DNA of 64,000 nucleotides from Candidatus Moraniibacteriota bacterium (GCA_016699795.1 CP065011.1:482474-546473), one strand, 5' to 3'. Positions 10,332-21,474 are shown, counted from the first letter of the stretch. Notes: generated by a model from the letters alone, not told the origin. A program made the numbers and translations.

Positions 10332-11876
10332 TTATGATTCATAACGGAATCTATACTGTATCGCCTCAGCTATATGAGCAACACCAATTTCATTATTTTG
10401 TTCCAAATCCGCAATAGTACGTGCTGTTTTTATTAACCTATAATACCCTCGGGGACTCAATTTAAGAGCTGAGATAGCTTCTTTCAATAAAGTCTTACAT
10501 TCTGCATCCAATGAGCAATATTCTCCAACAGCCCTCGTTGAAAGCTGGCTATTTAAATCTATCTTCTCTTTTTCAAAACGATTTTTTTGTACCAATCTAG
10601 CATTAACAACACGACATCGGATATCATAACTTGATTCTGCTTCAGAAAAAGAAACTTCGGATTGAAGTTTTTCCACATCCAAACGTGGAACTTCTACTTG
10701 CAAGTCTATTCTATCAAGAAGTGGCCCTGATAATTTTTGTTGATACTTTTGTCTTTGACTATTCGTACAACTACACAAACGTTGTGGATCTCCTGCATTC
10801 CCACAAGGACAGGGATTCATCGCCGCAACAAGAACAAATCGTGAAGGAAATTCTATTGTTTGTTTCGCTCTTGAAACAACAACAAATCCTTCTTCCAATG
10901 GCTGTCTCAGATTCTCCAATACGCTTCTTGGAAATTCTGGAAATTCATCCAAAAATAATACACCTCTATGCGCTAAAGTTATTTCCCCGGGCCGAGGATT
11001 AGAACCTCCTCCTATAAGTGAGACGGCACTTGCGCTATGATGCGGACTTCTAAATGGTCGCTCTTTCAAAACAGCAATTTTTCTTGGTAAACAACCAGAA
11101 ATAGAATAAATTTTTGTAACCTCTAAACTTTCTTCTCGATTAAGTTCTGGGAGTATTGTAGGAACGGCACGAGCTAAAAGTGTTTTTCCCGATCCTGGAG
11201 GGCCTGAAAGAAGAACATTATGTCCTCCAGCAGCAGCGATCTCTAAAGCGCGTTTAGCATATTCCTGTCCGCGAATAAATCTAAAATCGCTTTCTCCAAT
11301 AATTCTTCCCTCATCAAAATCATAAGATTTATCAACAAATTGATGCGTCGGGAGCGTTTCTTTTCCTCGAAGATATAGTATTAACTCTCGCAAAGATTTT
11401 ACACCAAAAATATCAATTCCATCCACCACGGAAGCTTCATATAAATTTTCATAGGGGATAAAAATTTTTTCTATCCCTTTATTTTTAGCTTCACATACAA
11501 TTGATAAAATTCCACGAACAGGTCGCAAGCTTCCGGAAAGCGATAATTCCCCCACAAAGAGAAAATTTGAATTTACATAATCCAATTGTCCTGATGCAAC
11601 AAGGAAGCTTAAAGCTATAGGAAGATCATAAAGAGGACCTGCTTTAGGTAAATCAGCAGGGGCCAAATTAACAGTAACTCTTCCATGTGCATATGGAGGA
11701 GAGAATCCACTATTCTTTAAAGCTGATTCAACGCGACTTTTTGATTCTTTTACAGCCACATCCGGCAATCCCACAAGTATAAAACTTGGGAGTCCATTTC
11801 CTAAAACATCCGCTTCTACTTGAATAATCTTTCCCTCTAATCCAACCACCGCTCCAGAATTAACACTGCATATCAT
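10332..11876 (-). CDS. YifB/ComM-family Mg-chelatase-like AAA+ ATPase
   Basis: 514 aa. N-terminal Lon-like domain (MICSVNSGAVVGLEGKIIQVEADV). Walker A LLSGPPGSGKTLLARAV. Walker B GVLFLDEFPEF. C-terminal Mg-chelatase ChlI-like region. Confidence 0.85.
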   Translation of the reverse strand: MICSVNSGAVVGLEGKIIQVEADVLGNGLPSFILVGLPDVAVKESKSRVESALKNSGFSPPYAHGRVTVNLAPADLPKAGPLYDLPIALSFLVASGQLDYVNSNFLFVGELSLSGSLRPVRGILSIVCEAKNKGIEKIFIPYENLYEASVVDGIDIFGVKSLRELILYLRGKETLPTHQFVDKSYDFDEGRIIGESDFRFIRGQEYAKRALEIAAAGGHNVLLSGPPGSGKTLLARAVPTILPELNREESLEVTKIYSISGCLPRKIAVLKERPFRSPHHSASAVSLIGGGSNPRPGEITLAHRGVLFLDEFPEFPRSVLENLRQPLEEGFVVVSRAKQTIEFPSRFVLVAAMNPCPCGNAGDPQRLCSCTNSQRQKYQQKLSGPLLDRIDLQVEVPRLDVEKLQSEVSFSEAESSYDIRCRVVNARLVQKNRFEKEKIDLNSQLSTRAVGEYCSLDAECKTLLKEAISALKLSPRGYYRLIKTARTIADLEQNNEIGVAHIAEAIQYRFRYES

Positions 11877-11910
11877 AAAATCTAAAAAGTAAATAAAATT
11901 TAACCTATTT

Positions 11911-12354
11911 TCATCTTACCTCTTTTTTTATAAAAATACATAGGAAAAGTAAAGCTCCAAAAAAAATACCCGCATCTGCTATATTCCAATAAAAAAGATT
12001 AAAAAAAGAAAAATAATCATAAACACAACCAAAAATAAGTCTATCAAAGAAATTAGTTACACCTCCTCCAAAAAAAAGCAATAAAGCAATAATTTCTAAT
12101 GAAAAAACATTTTTCCTCTTCAAAGAGAAAATCTGAACTAAACACAAAAGAAGAAACAAGCTGATAATTATTATTATCCACATTTTCGAAAAAGAAGAAA
12201 ATGTCCCAAAAGAAAAACCAAAATTACAAAAAAGATGAGAATGGTATATGTATTTTAAAAATTGATGCGAGAGTAAAAATAAAATAGAAATAGAAAAAAT
12301 CATTTCCATCACAGAATGATTTTTAAAATATGAGCAAAAAAACAACTTATTCAT
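11911..12354 (-). CDS. lspA: lipoprotein signal peptidase II
   Basis: Conserved FFGGGVTNFFDRLIFGCVYDYFSF...WNIADAGIFFGALLFL block (GG..N..DR...G.V.DF and FN.AD motifs). Start placed at internal Met (MNKLFF...) to avoid overlap with the upstream gene. Confidence 0.7.
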   Translation of the reverse strand: MNKLFFCSYFKNHSVMEMIFSISILFLLSHQFLKYIYHSHLFCNFGFSFGTFSSFSKMWIIIIISLFLLLCLVQIFSLKRKNVFSLEIIALLLFFGGGVTNFFDRLIFGCVYDYFSFFNLFYWNIADAGIFFGALLFLCIFIKKEVR

Positions 12355-12703
12355 CAGCACACGTTTTAGCTTCAGGATAAATACGAAGCCTCTCTTCAGG
12401 AATAATTTTTCCACTCTTTTGTGAAATTCCATAATTCCCAGCATTAATCCTTTCCAAGGCTTCGATAATTTCTTGAAGATGTACTTCTAGTGTATTTTCT
12501 AAAGCAAGATTACTTTCATATTCCTCAACTTCGTGAGCATTATCTTCTTGATCTCGACCCAAATCATTGAATTGAGTTTCAAATCTTCCCTCTTGGTGAT
12601 CAGTTTCAATAGCAAAACGAGATAATTCATTTTCCAGTTTGGCCTTTTCTTCCAATAAAAAAACTTTCATCTCATCTAAAAATTTCTGATTATGTGTTTC
12701 CAT
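12347..12703 (-). CDS. DksA/TraR-family protein (zinc-finger cysteines mostly absent, YteA-like)
   Basis: 118 aa. Acidic coiled-coil N-terminal part and C-terminal ...INAGNYGISQKSGKIIPEERLRIYPEAKTCADE resembling the DksA/TraR C-terminus with only one Cys retained. Confidence 0.45.
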   Translation of the reverse strand: METHNQKFLDEMKVFLLEEKAKLENELSRFAIETDHQEGRFETQFNDLGRDQEDNAHEVEEYESNLALENTLEVHLQEIIEALERINAGNYGISQKSGKIIPEERLRIYPEAKTCADE

Positions 12704-12769
12704 ACAATTGAAGTTACTTTAACTTATTAAAATATAATACCATCCTAAAATAAAGGCGTCCAGATAGAA

Positions 12770-13189
12770 TTACAAAAATATATGTTCTAAATGACGAATA
12801 TTTTTTAAATTTTCATTCTCATCATAAGTAATTATGATTGCATCTAAAGAAAAAGGTGTCCGATTCCATTGAGGATGTTCTTTTAAATAACAAGAAATAA
12901 TTCGATGCAACTTTCTCAGTTTATCTTTCGTAATATTCATCTCTGGTGGAAGATTATCTTTTTTTAATCCAAAACCAGCCTTTACTTCAAAAAAAACTAA
13001 ATAATTATCTTTACAGGCTATAATGTCAATTTCACCCAAGGAATAGCCCTTAGAATTTCTAAAATTCCTTTCAATAATTTTATATCCTTTTCCTTTAAGA
13101 AAAACACAAGCATCATTTTCACCTTGACAACCCCTTTTTTTTAAATCTTTTTTAAAAGATTTACTCTTTAAAAATAAATTTCTCCACAT
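12770..13189 (-). CDS. yraN: YraN-family (UPF0102) predicted endonuclease
   Basis: GENDACVFLKGKGYKIIERNFRNSKGYSLGEIDIIACKDNYLVFFEVKAG matches the UPF0102 core. Start trimmed to internal Met because the long N-terminal extension runs into a GC-rich, probably non-coding island. Confidence 0.65.
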   Translation of the reverse strand: MWRNLFLKSKSFKKDLKKRGCQGENDACVFLKGKGYKIIERNFRNSKGYSLGEIDIIACKDNYLVFFEVKAGFGLKKDNLPPEMNITKDKLRKLHRIISCYLKEHPQWNRTPFSLDAIIITYDENENLKNIRHLEHIFL

Positions 13190-13239
13190 AAACAAAAAAA
13201 TCCCGAAAAAGGGAAATGCATTAAAAAGAAAAAATCTGT

Positions 13240-13600
13240 TACCAGGCGCCGTCCGCGCCCAAAAATATATTAATTTGGCTGTACGGCGCCCGATTTTTGT
13301 TATGCTCAAGCATCACTCGAGTATTTTCTATAAAGCGGGTGAGTGCTTTATAGTAACTCATTAGATGTAATGCTTTCGCACACTTGCCTCCCCGACCCCC
13401 GGCATAGAGCCTTTTTTTAAGGTACTGATTTTGTTTTTTTATTTTTATTTTAAGGATTTTTTTATTTTTATTTTTTTCTCCTCTCTCATACATTGTATGA
13501 ATAAAACGATAGGGGTCAGCGGAAACGTTCCGATTGCAAATAGGGGGAAATTACAACCGGAACGTTACCGCCGAAAAGCAAGTTTATTTGTTAATGTTCT
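13240..13600. ncRNA. candidate structured non-coding RNA (unassigned family)
   Basis: GC-rich segments inside a 480-nt intergenic gap in an AT-rich genome. Hairpin GGCGCCGT(13245-13252)/ACGGCGCC(13283-13290). 14-bp stem GCGGAAACGTTCCG(13519-13532)/CGGAACGTTACCGC(13558-13571) with one mismatch. GC-rich run CCTCCCCGACCCCCGGC at ~13387-13403. Confidence 0.2.
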
Positions 13601-13793
13601 CAACTCAACGATGTAAGTATAGCACGTAAAACCAATCTTTTCAAGTTAATTATTTAAACGACTCCATAAAGCGAAAAAATAACAATCTCTCTTCTCTTAA
13701 ATTTTTCAAATATACTTCTTATCCTTCTCTAAAAAAAAGTAATTCTCTTTTTTTAGCTTTAGATTAGCCTATAAAAAAGATCCTTTTATTTTT

Positions 13794-15776
13794 TTAGGGT
13801 ATCATATCAAGAACGACACGAACAGATTCCTTACTCGTTCCTATAGCAAGCATTTCATCCTTAAATGCATAATCAAAAGAATAATTTAAGGAACCTTTTT
13901 CAATATTATGAAAACGAACAGGGATGCTATTATATGAACCTGACATAAATGTATATACTGAAGGCAATAAAACAGCATCTTCATAAAGATCTTCTACAAG
14001 AAGAGCTCCGGATAATTCTAAATTTTTCTTTATATTTTCAGTTAATAATTTTTCTTTATTAAAATCAATAAGAAGTCCGAATCTTACTCCGTAAGACTCA
14101 TGACTTGCAACGAGATTCCAGGTAGCTTCTTTCGTTAAGTCGATAGTATTGGCTAAGGTAGAAAAAGCTTCTGTAATAGGAAAGGTTTCTTTTGTACTAG
14201 GATCTTTAAATTCAAATTTAAATTTATTTCCCACTGGTAATTCTTCTACATTTTCCCGTATCTTTTCTATTTCCTGATTAAAAGTAGTTTTATCCGATTG
14301 GATAATATTTATTTCATTTGTATTATATTTTTCAGCAACAACCACTGGTGGTATTATTGGATCTTCTTTAGGAATTTCATTACTAACGGGTGGTTTTATA
14401 GGCTCTTCTTCTTTTTTTACACCCAAACCTAAATACGACATTCCATCATATTGAATCCAAAAATAATAACCTCCCCAAAAAAATAAAATTAAAAAAATAA
14501 ATAAAAAAGAAAAATTGAAGATCTTTCTAGCGAAAGGTGAAAAAAAGTCCTCGTGAATTCTTTCTTTTTTATAAACAACTTTATCTTCAATTTTTGGAAA
14601 ATTATTTTCATTTGGATTTATTTTAACTTCCTCTTTTTTGCTTATATCTTCTGAAGAAAAATAATTATTTATTTTTTCTTTTTGTTGTTCAGTAATGTCA
14701 CCATTCTTCTCTGTAAAAGAAATTTCTTTATTCTCATTTTTAAATTCTATTGGTTTAGATTCTGTAATTGGAAGTTCTGGTATATTTTTTTCTGTAAATA
14801 CTTTTTCCTCTTTAGTATTCAAAGGCATTTTAACATCCCCATTTGGAATAACACCCTTCTCTAAAAATTTATTTTTTTCTTCCTGACTATTTTCCTCCTT
14901 ACTCTCTAGCGAGGAAGTTTTTCCCTCATGACTAGAAAATCCAAAAGATTTCTGAAAAAAGTCTTCAGCAGAGTCAAATTTTTCATCACTATTTTTTATA
15001 TAAGAATCATTTTCTTCTATTTTTTCATTTTCAGCAGAAGGTAATCGTGATAATATTTTCTCCTCTATATGCACATTATTAGAAATAGGAGTTGAAATAA
15101 TAATCTGTTCACCACCTCTTATTAAATCCTCCGTTTCAATATTTTTATCATTTTCCACTTTATCATTCTCTGATTCCTCTTTTTTTATAGACGTATCAAT
15201 GTTTAATTTTTCTTCATTTACTTCATCAACAATAGGAGAAGTAGTATCTACAGCGGGGATATTTTTATCCGAAAAAGTATTTATTAATTTTTCTCCTTCA
15301 TTAGTATTTAGTACTGATACAATTTCTTTCGAAGCTGTTGTCGTAACAACAGATGACTTATTAGAAAATTGTTCTTTTTGAACTCTAGATAAAGTCTCAT
15401 CAATAACGAGTGGCTTATTAACAGTACTATTCGGTGAATCAAAAATAATCTCTTTTATCCCGTCTTGTTTCTTTTTTAGAAAAAGATTCTCTTTATTATT
15501 AATTTCATCATTTCCAGAAGCTCCTATTTCTTGAGAAAAGAAAGGGGATGCTTCTTTTATGATACTATCTCTTTCATCGGATTTTATTTTTTCTTTTTCA
15601 GTCTCAAAAGAAATTCCAGAAACACCTTTTTTTTCAAAACGAAGCAAATCTTTTTTCATTGTTCTTATTAATGAAGAAAAATCTTTTTCAGGCTTACTTT
15701 GAGAATCCATTAACTCTGATGGATTTATAGTTTCTTGATCTTTTATTTTATTTTTTTTTCCAAACATACCAGACAT
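13794..15776 (-). CDS. bitopic low-complexity (K/E/N/S-rich) membrane protein, hypothetical
   Basis: 660 aa. ~400-aa charged low-complexity N-terminal region. Single TM (IFNFSFLFIFLILFFWGGYYFWI). ~225-aa C-terminal domain. Confidence 0.5.
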   Translation of the reverse strand: MSGMFGKKNKIKDQETINPSELMDSQSKPEKDFSSLIRTMKKDLLRFEKKGVSGISFETEKEKIKSDERDSIIKEASPFFSQEIGASGNDEINNKENLFLKKKQDGIKEIIFDSPNSTVNKPLVIDETLSRVQKEQFSNKSSVVTTTASKEIVSVLNTNEGEKLINTFSDKNIPAVDTTSPIVDEVNEEKLNIDTSIKKEESENDKVENDKNIETEDLIRGGEQIIISTPISNNVHIEEKILSRLPSAENEKIEENDSYIKNSDEKFDSAEDFFQKSFGFSSHEGKTSSLESKEENSQEEKNKFLEKGVIPNGDVKMPLNTKEEKVFTEKNIPELPITESKPIEFKNENKEISFTEKNGDITEQQKEKINNYFSSEDISKKEEVKINPNENNFPKIEDKVVYKKERIHEDFFSPFARKIFNFSFLFIFLILFFWGGYYFWIQYDGMSYLGLGVKKEEEPIKPPVSNEIPKEDPIIPPVVVAEKYNTNEINIIQSDKTTFNQEIEKIRENVEELPVGNKFKFEFKDPSTKETFPITEAFSTLANTIDLTKEATWNLVASHESYGVRFGLLIDFNKEKLLTENIKKNLELSGALLVEDLYEDAVLLPSVYTFMSGSYNSIPVRFHNIEKGSLNYSFDYAFKDEMLAIGTSKESVRVVLDMIP

Positions 15777-15831
15777 TTAATTTTTTTATTGTACATCAAA
15801 ATACAATTTTATGCCAACTATTTTTTTATAC

Positions 15832-17946
15832 CTATTCTGAAGCCTCTTTCATGGAGAGATTTATTCGTCCAAGATTATCAATCTCAATTACTTTAACTTT
15901 CACAATATCTCCAATCTTCACTATTGTTTCAACTTTTTCAACTCTTTCTTTTGAAAGCTGTGAAATGTGTATTAGACCTTCTTGTCCAGGAAGGACTTCT
16001 GCAAAAGCACCGAAATTCATAATACGAGTAATTTTTGCATTAAATAATTCCCCACTTTTCACTTCACGTGTAAGATTTTCAATCCATTGTTTCGCCTTTT
16101 CAGCACCTAATTCATCTACTGCTGTTATAAAGATAGACCCGTCATCTTCAATATCAATTTCTACACCCGTTTCACTAATAATTTCATTTATTATCTTTCC
16201 TCCAGGACCAATAACATCTCTTATCTTGTCTGGATTAATTTGAAGAATGATAATTCTTGGTGCATAAGGTGATAATTTTTCTCTAGGAGAGGCAATTTCA
16301 GATACTATAGAATTTAAGATGTCCATTCTATTTCCGTGTGATTGACGAAGAACTTCTTTTAACATTTCTACAGTAACTCCTTCAACTTTCACGTCCATTT
16401 GTAATGCTGTTATACCTTTTTGGGTACCTGCAACTTTAAAATCCATATCTCCGAAATGATCTTCGAGTCCTTGAATGTCTGATAATACTTTAAAGTCTTT
16501 TTCTCCAATAATAATACCCATAGCAATTCCACTTGCCGGAGCTTGTATTGGAACACCTGCATCCATAAGAGCAAGTGTTGAACCACACACTGAAGCCATT
16601 GACGAGGATCCGTTTGACTCTAAAACTTCACTCACTAAACGAATTGTGTAAGGAAAATCTTCTTTTGTTGGAAGTAATGGCTCCAAAGCTCTTTCAGCAA
16701 GCGCGCCATGTCCAATTTCTCTTCTTCCTGGTCCCCGCATCGGACGAACTTCACCTACAGAATATGGAGGAAAATTATAATGATGCATATAACGTTTTTT
16801 TGTATCATTTTCTTCCATTGAATCTAGTATCTGTTCTGCTCCTGGAGCACCTAAAGTTGCCACAGTAAGAGCTTGTGTCTCCCCTCTCGTAAAAAGACCC
16901 GTACCATGAGTCCTTGGCAAAACACCTGTTCTACAAGTTATTTTTCTTACTTCAGATAAAGCTCTTCCGTCTGGACGTTTTCCTTGTAATAAAACATTCT
17001 TATGCACAAGTTCATCTGCTACAATATCCACAATAAGAGAAGCTGCTTCTTTTGAGGCTTGTCCTTTTGGTTCTATTGAAGCTACCCACTCTTGTGTATA
17101 AGAAAATATTTTTTCACTTACTTCATTCAAACTATCATACTTCGCTACTTTAGAGTCCTTTTCAAATAAAATATCTTCATAAGAATTCTCTTGCAAAATA
17201 TTCCGTACGCCTAATTCAAATTCATCGCTCCACGTTAATAATGCGGGTTTTGATTTTTCTTTTCCTACATCTTCTCTTATGGAACGAATAAAATCTGATA
17301 TTTTTTTAAGATAAGAGGTTCCGTATTCAAAAGATTTAACAATATCATCTTCTGAAACTTGTTTCGCACCAGCCTCTATCATATTAATAGTATCACCACT
17401 TCCTGAAAGTACGAGATCTATATCACTTAATTTTCTTTCTTCATTTGTAGGATTTATAATAAAAGCATTGTCAATTCTCCCTATTCTCAAAGCGGCTATA
17501 GGGCCATTCCATGGTATATCAGAGATATGAAGAGCGAGTGAAGCTGCTATTATAGAAAGAACACTTGGTTCATTTTCTTGATCTATAGAAAGTACCGTAG
17601 CGATAACTTGAACATCATTTCTCATCCTCATATCAAATAAAGGTCTGATCGTTCTATCAATAAGACGTCCGTTCAAAATCGCTTCGTCTGTTGGGCGTCC
17701 CTCACGTTTAATGAATCGGCTACCCTTAATTTTTCCGGAAGCATAAAATCGTTCTTCATAGTCAACCATTAAAGGAAAATATCCTGTAATTCCTGATTGT
17801 CTTTTACTCATGGTAGCAGTTGCTAACACAACTGTTTCTCCATAACTCACACAAACAGATCCATTTGCTTGTTTCGCAAGCTCACCTGTTTCAACAGTAA
17901 GTGTTCTCCCCTCAAGTTCCATTGTCCAACGATTCACTTTACTCAT
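15832..17946 (-). CDS. pnp: polyribonucleotide nucleotidyltransferase (PNPase)
   Basis: 704 aa. Two RNase PH-like domains, a KH domain and a C-terminal S1 domain (...GELFNAKITRIMNFGAFAEVLPGQEGLIHISQL...). Immediately downstream of rpsO as in the classical rpsO-pnp arrangement. Confidence 0.9.
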   Translation of the reverse strand: MSKVNRWTMELEGRTLTVETGELAKQANGSVCVSYGETVVLATATMSKRQSGITGYFPLMVDYEERFYASGKIKGSRFIKREGRPTDEAILNGRLIDRTIRPLFDMRMRNDVQVIATVLSIDQENEPSVLSIIAASLALHISDIPWNGPIAALRIGRIDNAFIINPTNEERKLSDIDLVLSGSGDTINMIEAGAKQVSEDDIVKSFEYGTSYLKKISDFIRSIREDVGKEKSKPALLTWSDEFELGVRNILQENSYEDILFEKDSKVAKYDSLNEVSEKIFSYTQEWVASIEPKGQASKEAASLIVDIVADELVHKNVLLQGKRPDGRALSEVRKITCRTGVLPRTHGTGLFTRGETQALTVATLGAPGAEQILDSMEENDTKKRYMHHYNFPPYSVGEVRPMRGPGRREIGHGALAERALEPLLPTKEDFPYTIRLVSEVLESNGSSSMASVCGSTLALMDAGVPIQAPASGIAMGIIIGEKDFKVLSDIQGLEDHFGDMDFKVAGTQKGITALQMDVKVEGVTVEMLKEVLRQSHGNRMDILNSIVSEIASPREKLSPYAPRIIILQINPDKIRDVIGPGGKIINEIISETGVEIDIEDDGSIFITAVDELGAEKAKQWIENLTREVKSGELFNAKITRIMNFGAFAEVLPGQEGLIHISQLSKERVEKVETIVKIGDIVKVKVIEIDNLGRINLSMKEASE

Positions 17947-18000
17947 ATATCCTTTATTTCTGCTCTAGTAATAATCACACTAAATATTCTCTTACAAAAA

Positions 18001-18516
18001 CTAGCCCTTCACAGAAGAAGCAAATAGAAATTTCTTCTTTTCTGCACTTAAATCAAAAAATTCATCCGCTCTTTCAATAAGTTTAGCACTTGTTGATTCT
18101 CGAAATGCTATAACTTCAACACGACAACCAGCAGTATTTTGAATATATTCCACCAAAGGAAGATAGTCTCCGTCTCCAGAAACCAAAACAATAACGTCCA
18201 TCGATTTTGAAAATCGAACCGCGTCCATAGCAATACCAACATCCCAATCAGCCTTCTTTACTCCGCCAGCAAAAATTTGAAGATCTTTTTTCTTAACTTC
18301 ATATCCTGCGTTTTCAAGAGCTTCAAAAAAAGGCCCTTCCATACCCTCTTCAGTTTGAACTCCGTAAGCAATAGCTCTAATAAGCTTTCTTCCACTAACA
18401 CCTTCTTCAAGAATATTTTTAAAATTCACTCTTCGTCCATAAAGAACACGAGCCGTATAATACATATTTTGTATATCAACGAGAACACCAACTCTTTGTT
18501 CTTTAAATTTTGCCAT
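18001..18516 (-). CDS. NYN/LabA-like domain protein
   Basis: 171 aa. VGVLVDIQNMYYT...VIVLVSGDGDYLPLVEYIQ pattern typical of NYN (LabA-like) nuclease fold. Confidence 0.7.
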   Translation of the reverse strand: MAKFKEQRVGVLVDIQNMYYTARVLYGRRVNFKNILEEGVSGRKLIRAIAYGVQTEEGMEGPFFEALENAGYEVKKKDLQIFAGGVKKADWDVGIAMDAVRFSKSMDVIVLVSGDGDYLPLVEYIQNTAGCRVEVIAFRESTSAKLIERADEFFDLSAEKKKFLFASSVKG

Positions 18517-18548
18517 ATTTTTATTTTGAAGAAAGTATACTAAAGAAT

Positions 18549-18815
18549 TTAACCCTTGAGACCCAATTTTTTTACTACTTTTTTATATATATCTTCATTC
18601 GTTTTCTGCAAGTAAGCCATGAGGCGACGCCTCTTAGAAACCATTTTTAATAAACCTCTTCGGGAATGAAAATCTTTCTTATTCTGCTGTAAATGTGAAG
18701 TTAATCTTTTAATCTGCTCTGTAAATAGAGCTATTTGATATTCTGGGGATCCTGTGTCTTTATCATGACGTCGAGTATCTTTTGTTGCACCATTCTTTTG
18801 CTCTCCTGTAAGCAT
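18549..18815 (-). CDS. rpsO: 30S ribosomal protein S15
   Basis: ...[50 protein letters not shown]... matches S15. Start trimmed to internal Met (MLTGEQK). Confidence 0.85.
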   Translation of the reverse strand: MLTGEQKNGATKDTRRHDKDTGSPEYQIALFTEQIKRLTSHLQQNKKDFHSRRGLLKMVSKRRRLMAYLQKTNEDIYKKVVKKLGLKG

Positions 18816-19016
18816 ATATAAGTTTGAGCAGAGCATGAGTCTATAAAAACCCTTAATTCGTCTTATTAAACGAAATCAAACGAATAAAAAATTATCTTCA
18901 GAGTAAAGAAGCGATTTCTTTATTCAAATGCTTGCTTATAAATAAAAAATTACATTGAATACTATCTCATATATTCCAATTTTTGACAAGTCTTCTTTGA
19001 AATATACTTTTTAATT

Positions 19017-21473
19017 TTATACTGTCGTTGCTGCACTTAATTCATCCCCTGCTTTTGGACGCATAATACGAACTCCCTGTGTAGATCTACCCAAAAGAGG
19101 AATAGTTTTGAGAGCAATTCGAATTATTTGTCCTTTCTTCGTTATGATAATCAAATCTTCTTCAAGATCTTCTTTATAAACAACGCTAGCCCAAACTAAA
19201 TTACCTGTTTTTGGTGTTATATTAGCAGTTCGAATACCTCCCCCACCTCTTTTTTGGATTTTATATTGAGAGAATTTACTTCTTTTTCCATAGCCTTCTT
19301 TTGTAATAATAAGAAGTTCAGGATGTTTATCTAGATCTTGGATAACGTCCATGCCCACAACCTCATCGCCATGATGCAATCTTATTCCGCGAACACCAGC
19401 AGCCGTTCTTCCCATAGACCGCACATCCTCTTCGAAAAATCGAATAGCTTGTCCTTTGGCCGTTGTTAAGACTATTTCATTATTTCCAAATGTTGGTTTT
19501 ACCCAACCCAAAGTATCTTTTTCATCCAAGCGAATCGCAATAAGACCACTTCTTCGAACCTTCATCAAATCCAATATAGCTGTTTTCTTTATAACACCCT
19601 GAGCTGTGGCCATAACTAAATATTTATAAGCATGGTCTTTTCCAAAAGCAACGAATTCAGTTATATATTCACTTGGCGATAACTGTAGAAAATTAACCAT
19701 TGATTGCCCCTTAGAAACTCTAGATGATTCTGGTAATTCATAGGCTTTTAATTGAAATACCTTACCAAAATTTGTAAAGAAAAATAAATCATCATGCATC
19801 ATCACCGTTAACACTCTACGAATAAGATCATTTTCTTTAGTTGCAGCACCAATAACTCCCTTACCTCCTCTATGTTGAACACGATAGGTTGAAGGATCCA
19901 TTCTTTTCACATAGCCATCCCTTGATAAAGCTATTATAACCTCTTGGTTAGGTATGAGATCTTCTTGATTAATATCTCCAACACCTTGCGATACTACTTT
20001 AGTTTTTCGAGCATCCCCATAAGTCTTTTTTATTTCACGATATTCATCTTTTACAATACCCATAAGAGTCTCTCGTGAATCAAGAATACTCTGGAGTTCT
20101 TTCATTAAAATTTTCTTTTCTTCTAATTCATCTTCAATCTTTTTTCGTTCCAAACCAGCCAATGTCTGCAAACGCATTTCCAAAATTGCTGAAGCCTGTT
20201 TATCTGAAAATTGAAAAGAATTAACAAGATTTACATGAGCCTCTTCTTTTGAGGGCGACTTTTTTATAGTCTCTATAATCTTATTTATATGATCAAGTGC
20301 CTTTTTTAATCCCTCCAAAATATGTGCTCGATCTTTCGCTTTTTGAAGATCAAACTTTGTCCTTCTAAGAACAACTTCTTCTCTGTGTTTTAAATGCGCC
20401 TCTAAGACTGTTTTCAGATTAAGTACTTTTGGTTCTATTCCATCAACCAAAGCCAGCATATTTACATTAAAATTCTTTTGCAGATCTGTCATTGCATACA
20501 ATCTATTTAAGACTTTCTTGGGATAAGCGTCTTTCTTTAACTCTACAACAACACGAACTCCGTCCCTATCAGATTCATCTCGAAGATCCTTAATTCCTGT
20601 CATTTTTCCCTCATGAACTAGATTAGCAATTTTCTGTAAAAAATCAGCTTTATTTGTGGCATAGGTCATTTCAGAAATAATAATATGAAATACTCCATCA
20701 CGAACCTCCACAATTTCAGCTTTACCTCGCATTGCAATCTTTCCCCTACCCGTGCCATAAGCCTCTCGAATATCTTCTCGCCCAAAAATAATTCCTCCTG
20801 TAGGAAAATCTGGTCCTTTTATAAATTCCATAAGATCATCAACTCCTGCATCAGCATTATCCACAAGATATACAAGAGCATCCACAAGTTCTCCTAAATT
20901 ATGAGGAGGTATATTCGTAGCCATACCCACAGCTATTCCAACACTCCCATTAAGAAGAAGTTGTGGTAATTTAGAAGGAAGAACTGAAGGTTCTTTATGA
21001 ACACCATCGAAATTTGGAACAAAGTTAACAGTTTCTTTTTCAATATCAAAAAGCATTTCTTCTGCTATCTTCTGCAATTTTGCTTCAGTATAACGATAAG
21101 CAGCAGCGCTATCCCCATCCATTGATCCAAAGTTACCTTGACCCCAAATTAATGGGTACCTCAAAGAAAAATCTTGCGCCATTCGAACCATTGAATCGTA
21201 TACAGCAGTATCTCCGTGTGGGTGATATTTTCCAAGAACATCTCCAACTACTGTGGCTGATTTTCTAAATTTTGCACTTGATTTTAAACCCGAAGTCCAC
21301 AGTGAATAAAGAATTCTTCTGTGTACTGGCTTAAGACCATCTCGAACATCTGGCAATGCTCGAGAAACAATCACACTCATAGCATAATCAAGGTATGATT
21401 GTTGAATTTCATCAACAATAGACTTATCTTTAATATTTTCAGAAAATAAAGATTTTTCCGTTTCTTCTTTCAT
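19017..21473 (-). CDS. gyrA: DNA gyrase subunit A
   Basis: 818 aa. N-terminal [30 protein letters not shown] with active-site Tyr region. C-terminal beta-pinwheel repeats. Confidence 0.95.
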   Translation of the reverse strand: MKEETEKSLFSENIKDKSIVDEIQQSYLDYAMSVIVSRALPDVRDGLKPVHRRILYSLWTSGLKSSAKFRKSATVVGDVLGKYHPHGDTAVYDSMVRMAQDFSLRYPLIWGQGNFGSMDGDSAAAYRYTEAKLQKIAEEMLFDIEKETVNFVPNFDGVHKEPSVLPSKLPQLLLNGSVGIAVGMATNIPPHNLGELVDALVYLVDNADAGVDDLMEFIKGPDFPTGGIIFGREDIREAYGTGRGKIAMRGKAEIVEVRDGVFHIIISEMTYATNKADFLQKIANLVHEGKMTGIKDLRDESDRDGVRVVVELKKDAYPKKVLNRLYAMTDLQKNFNVNMLALVDGIEPKVLNLKTVLEAHLKHREEVVLRRTKFDLQKAKDRAHILEGLKKALDHINKIIETIKKSPSKEEAHVNLVNSFQFSDKQASAILEMRLQTLAGLERKKIEDELEEKKILMKELQSILDSRETLMGIVKDEYREIKKTYGDARKTKVVSQGVGDINQEDLIPNQEVIIALSRDGYVKRMDPSTYRVQHRGGKGVIGAATKENDLIRRVLTVMMHDDLFFFTNFGKVFQLKAYELPESSRVSKGQSMVNFLQLSPSEYITEFVAFGKDHAYKYLVMATAQGVIKKTAILDLMKVRRSGLIAIRLDEKDTLGWVKPTFGNNEIVLTTAKGQAIRFFEEDVRSMGRTAAGVRGIRLHHGDEVVGMDVIQDLDKHPELLIITKEGYGKRSKFSQYKIQKRGGGGIRTANITPKTGNLVWASVVYKEDLEEDLIIITKKGQIIRIALKTIPLLGRSTQGVRIMRPKAGDELSAATTV

Positions 21474-21474
21474 A

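Noticed and set aside
13239-13493. Minus-strand ORF (84 aa) and long N-terminal extension of the yraN ORF as real coding sequence
   Set aside because: Sequence is low-complexity. It spans GC-rich hairpins atypical of coding DNA in this genome. The YraN domain starts well downstream. More likely RNA or spurious.
13240-13600. Assignment of the GC-rich island to RNase P RNA, tmRNA or SRP RNA
   Set aside because: By-eye search found no P4 AAAGUCCGG, no tRNA-like T-loop/CCA end with ALAA-type tag frame, and no GGAAGGAAGCAGC SRP motif. Left as unassigned candidate ncRNA.
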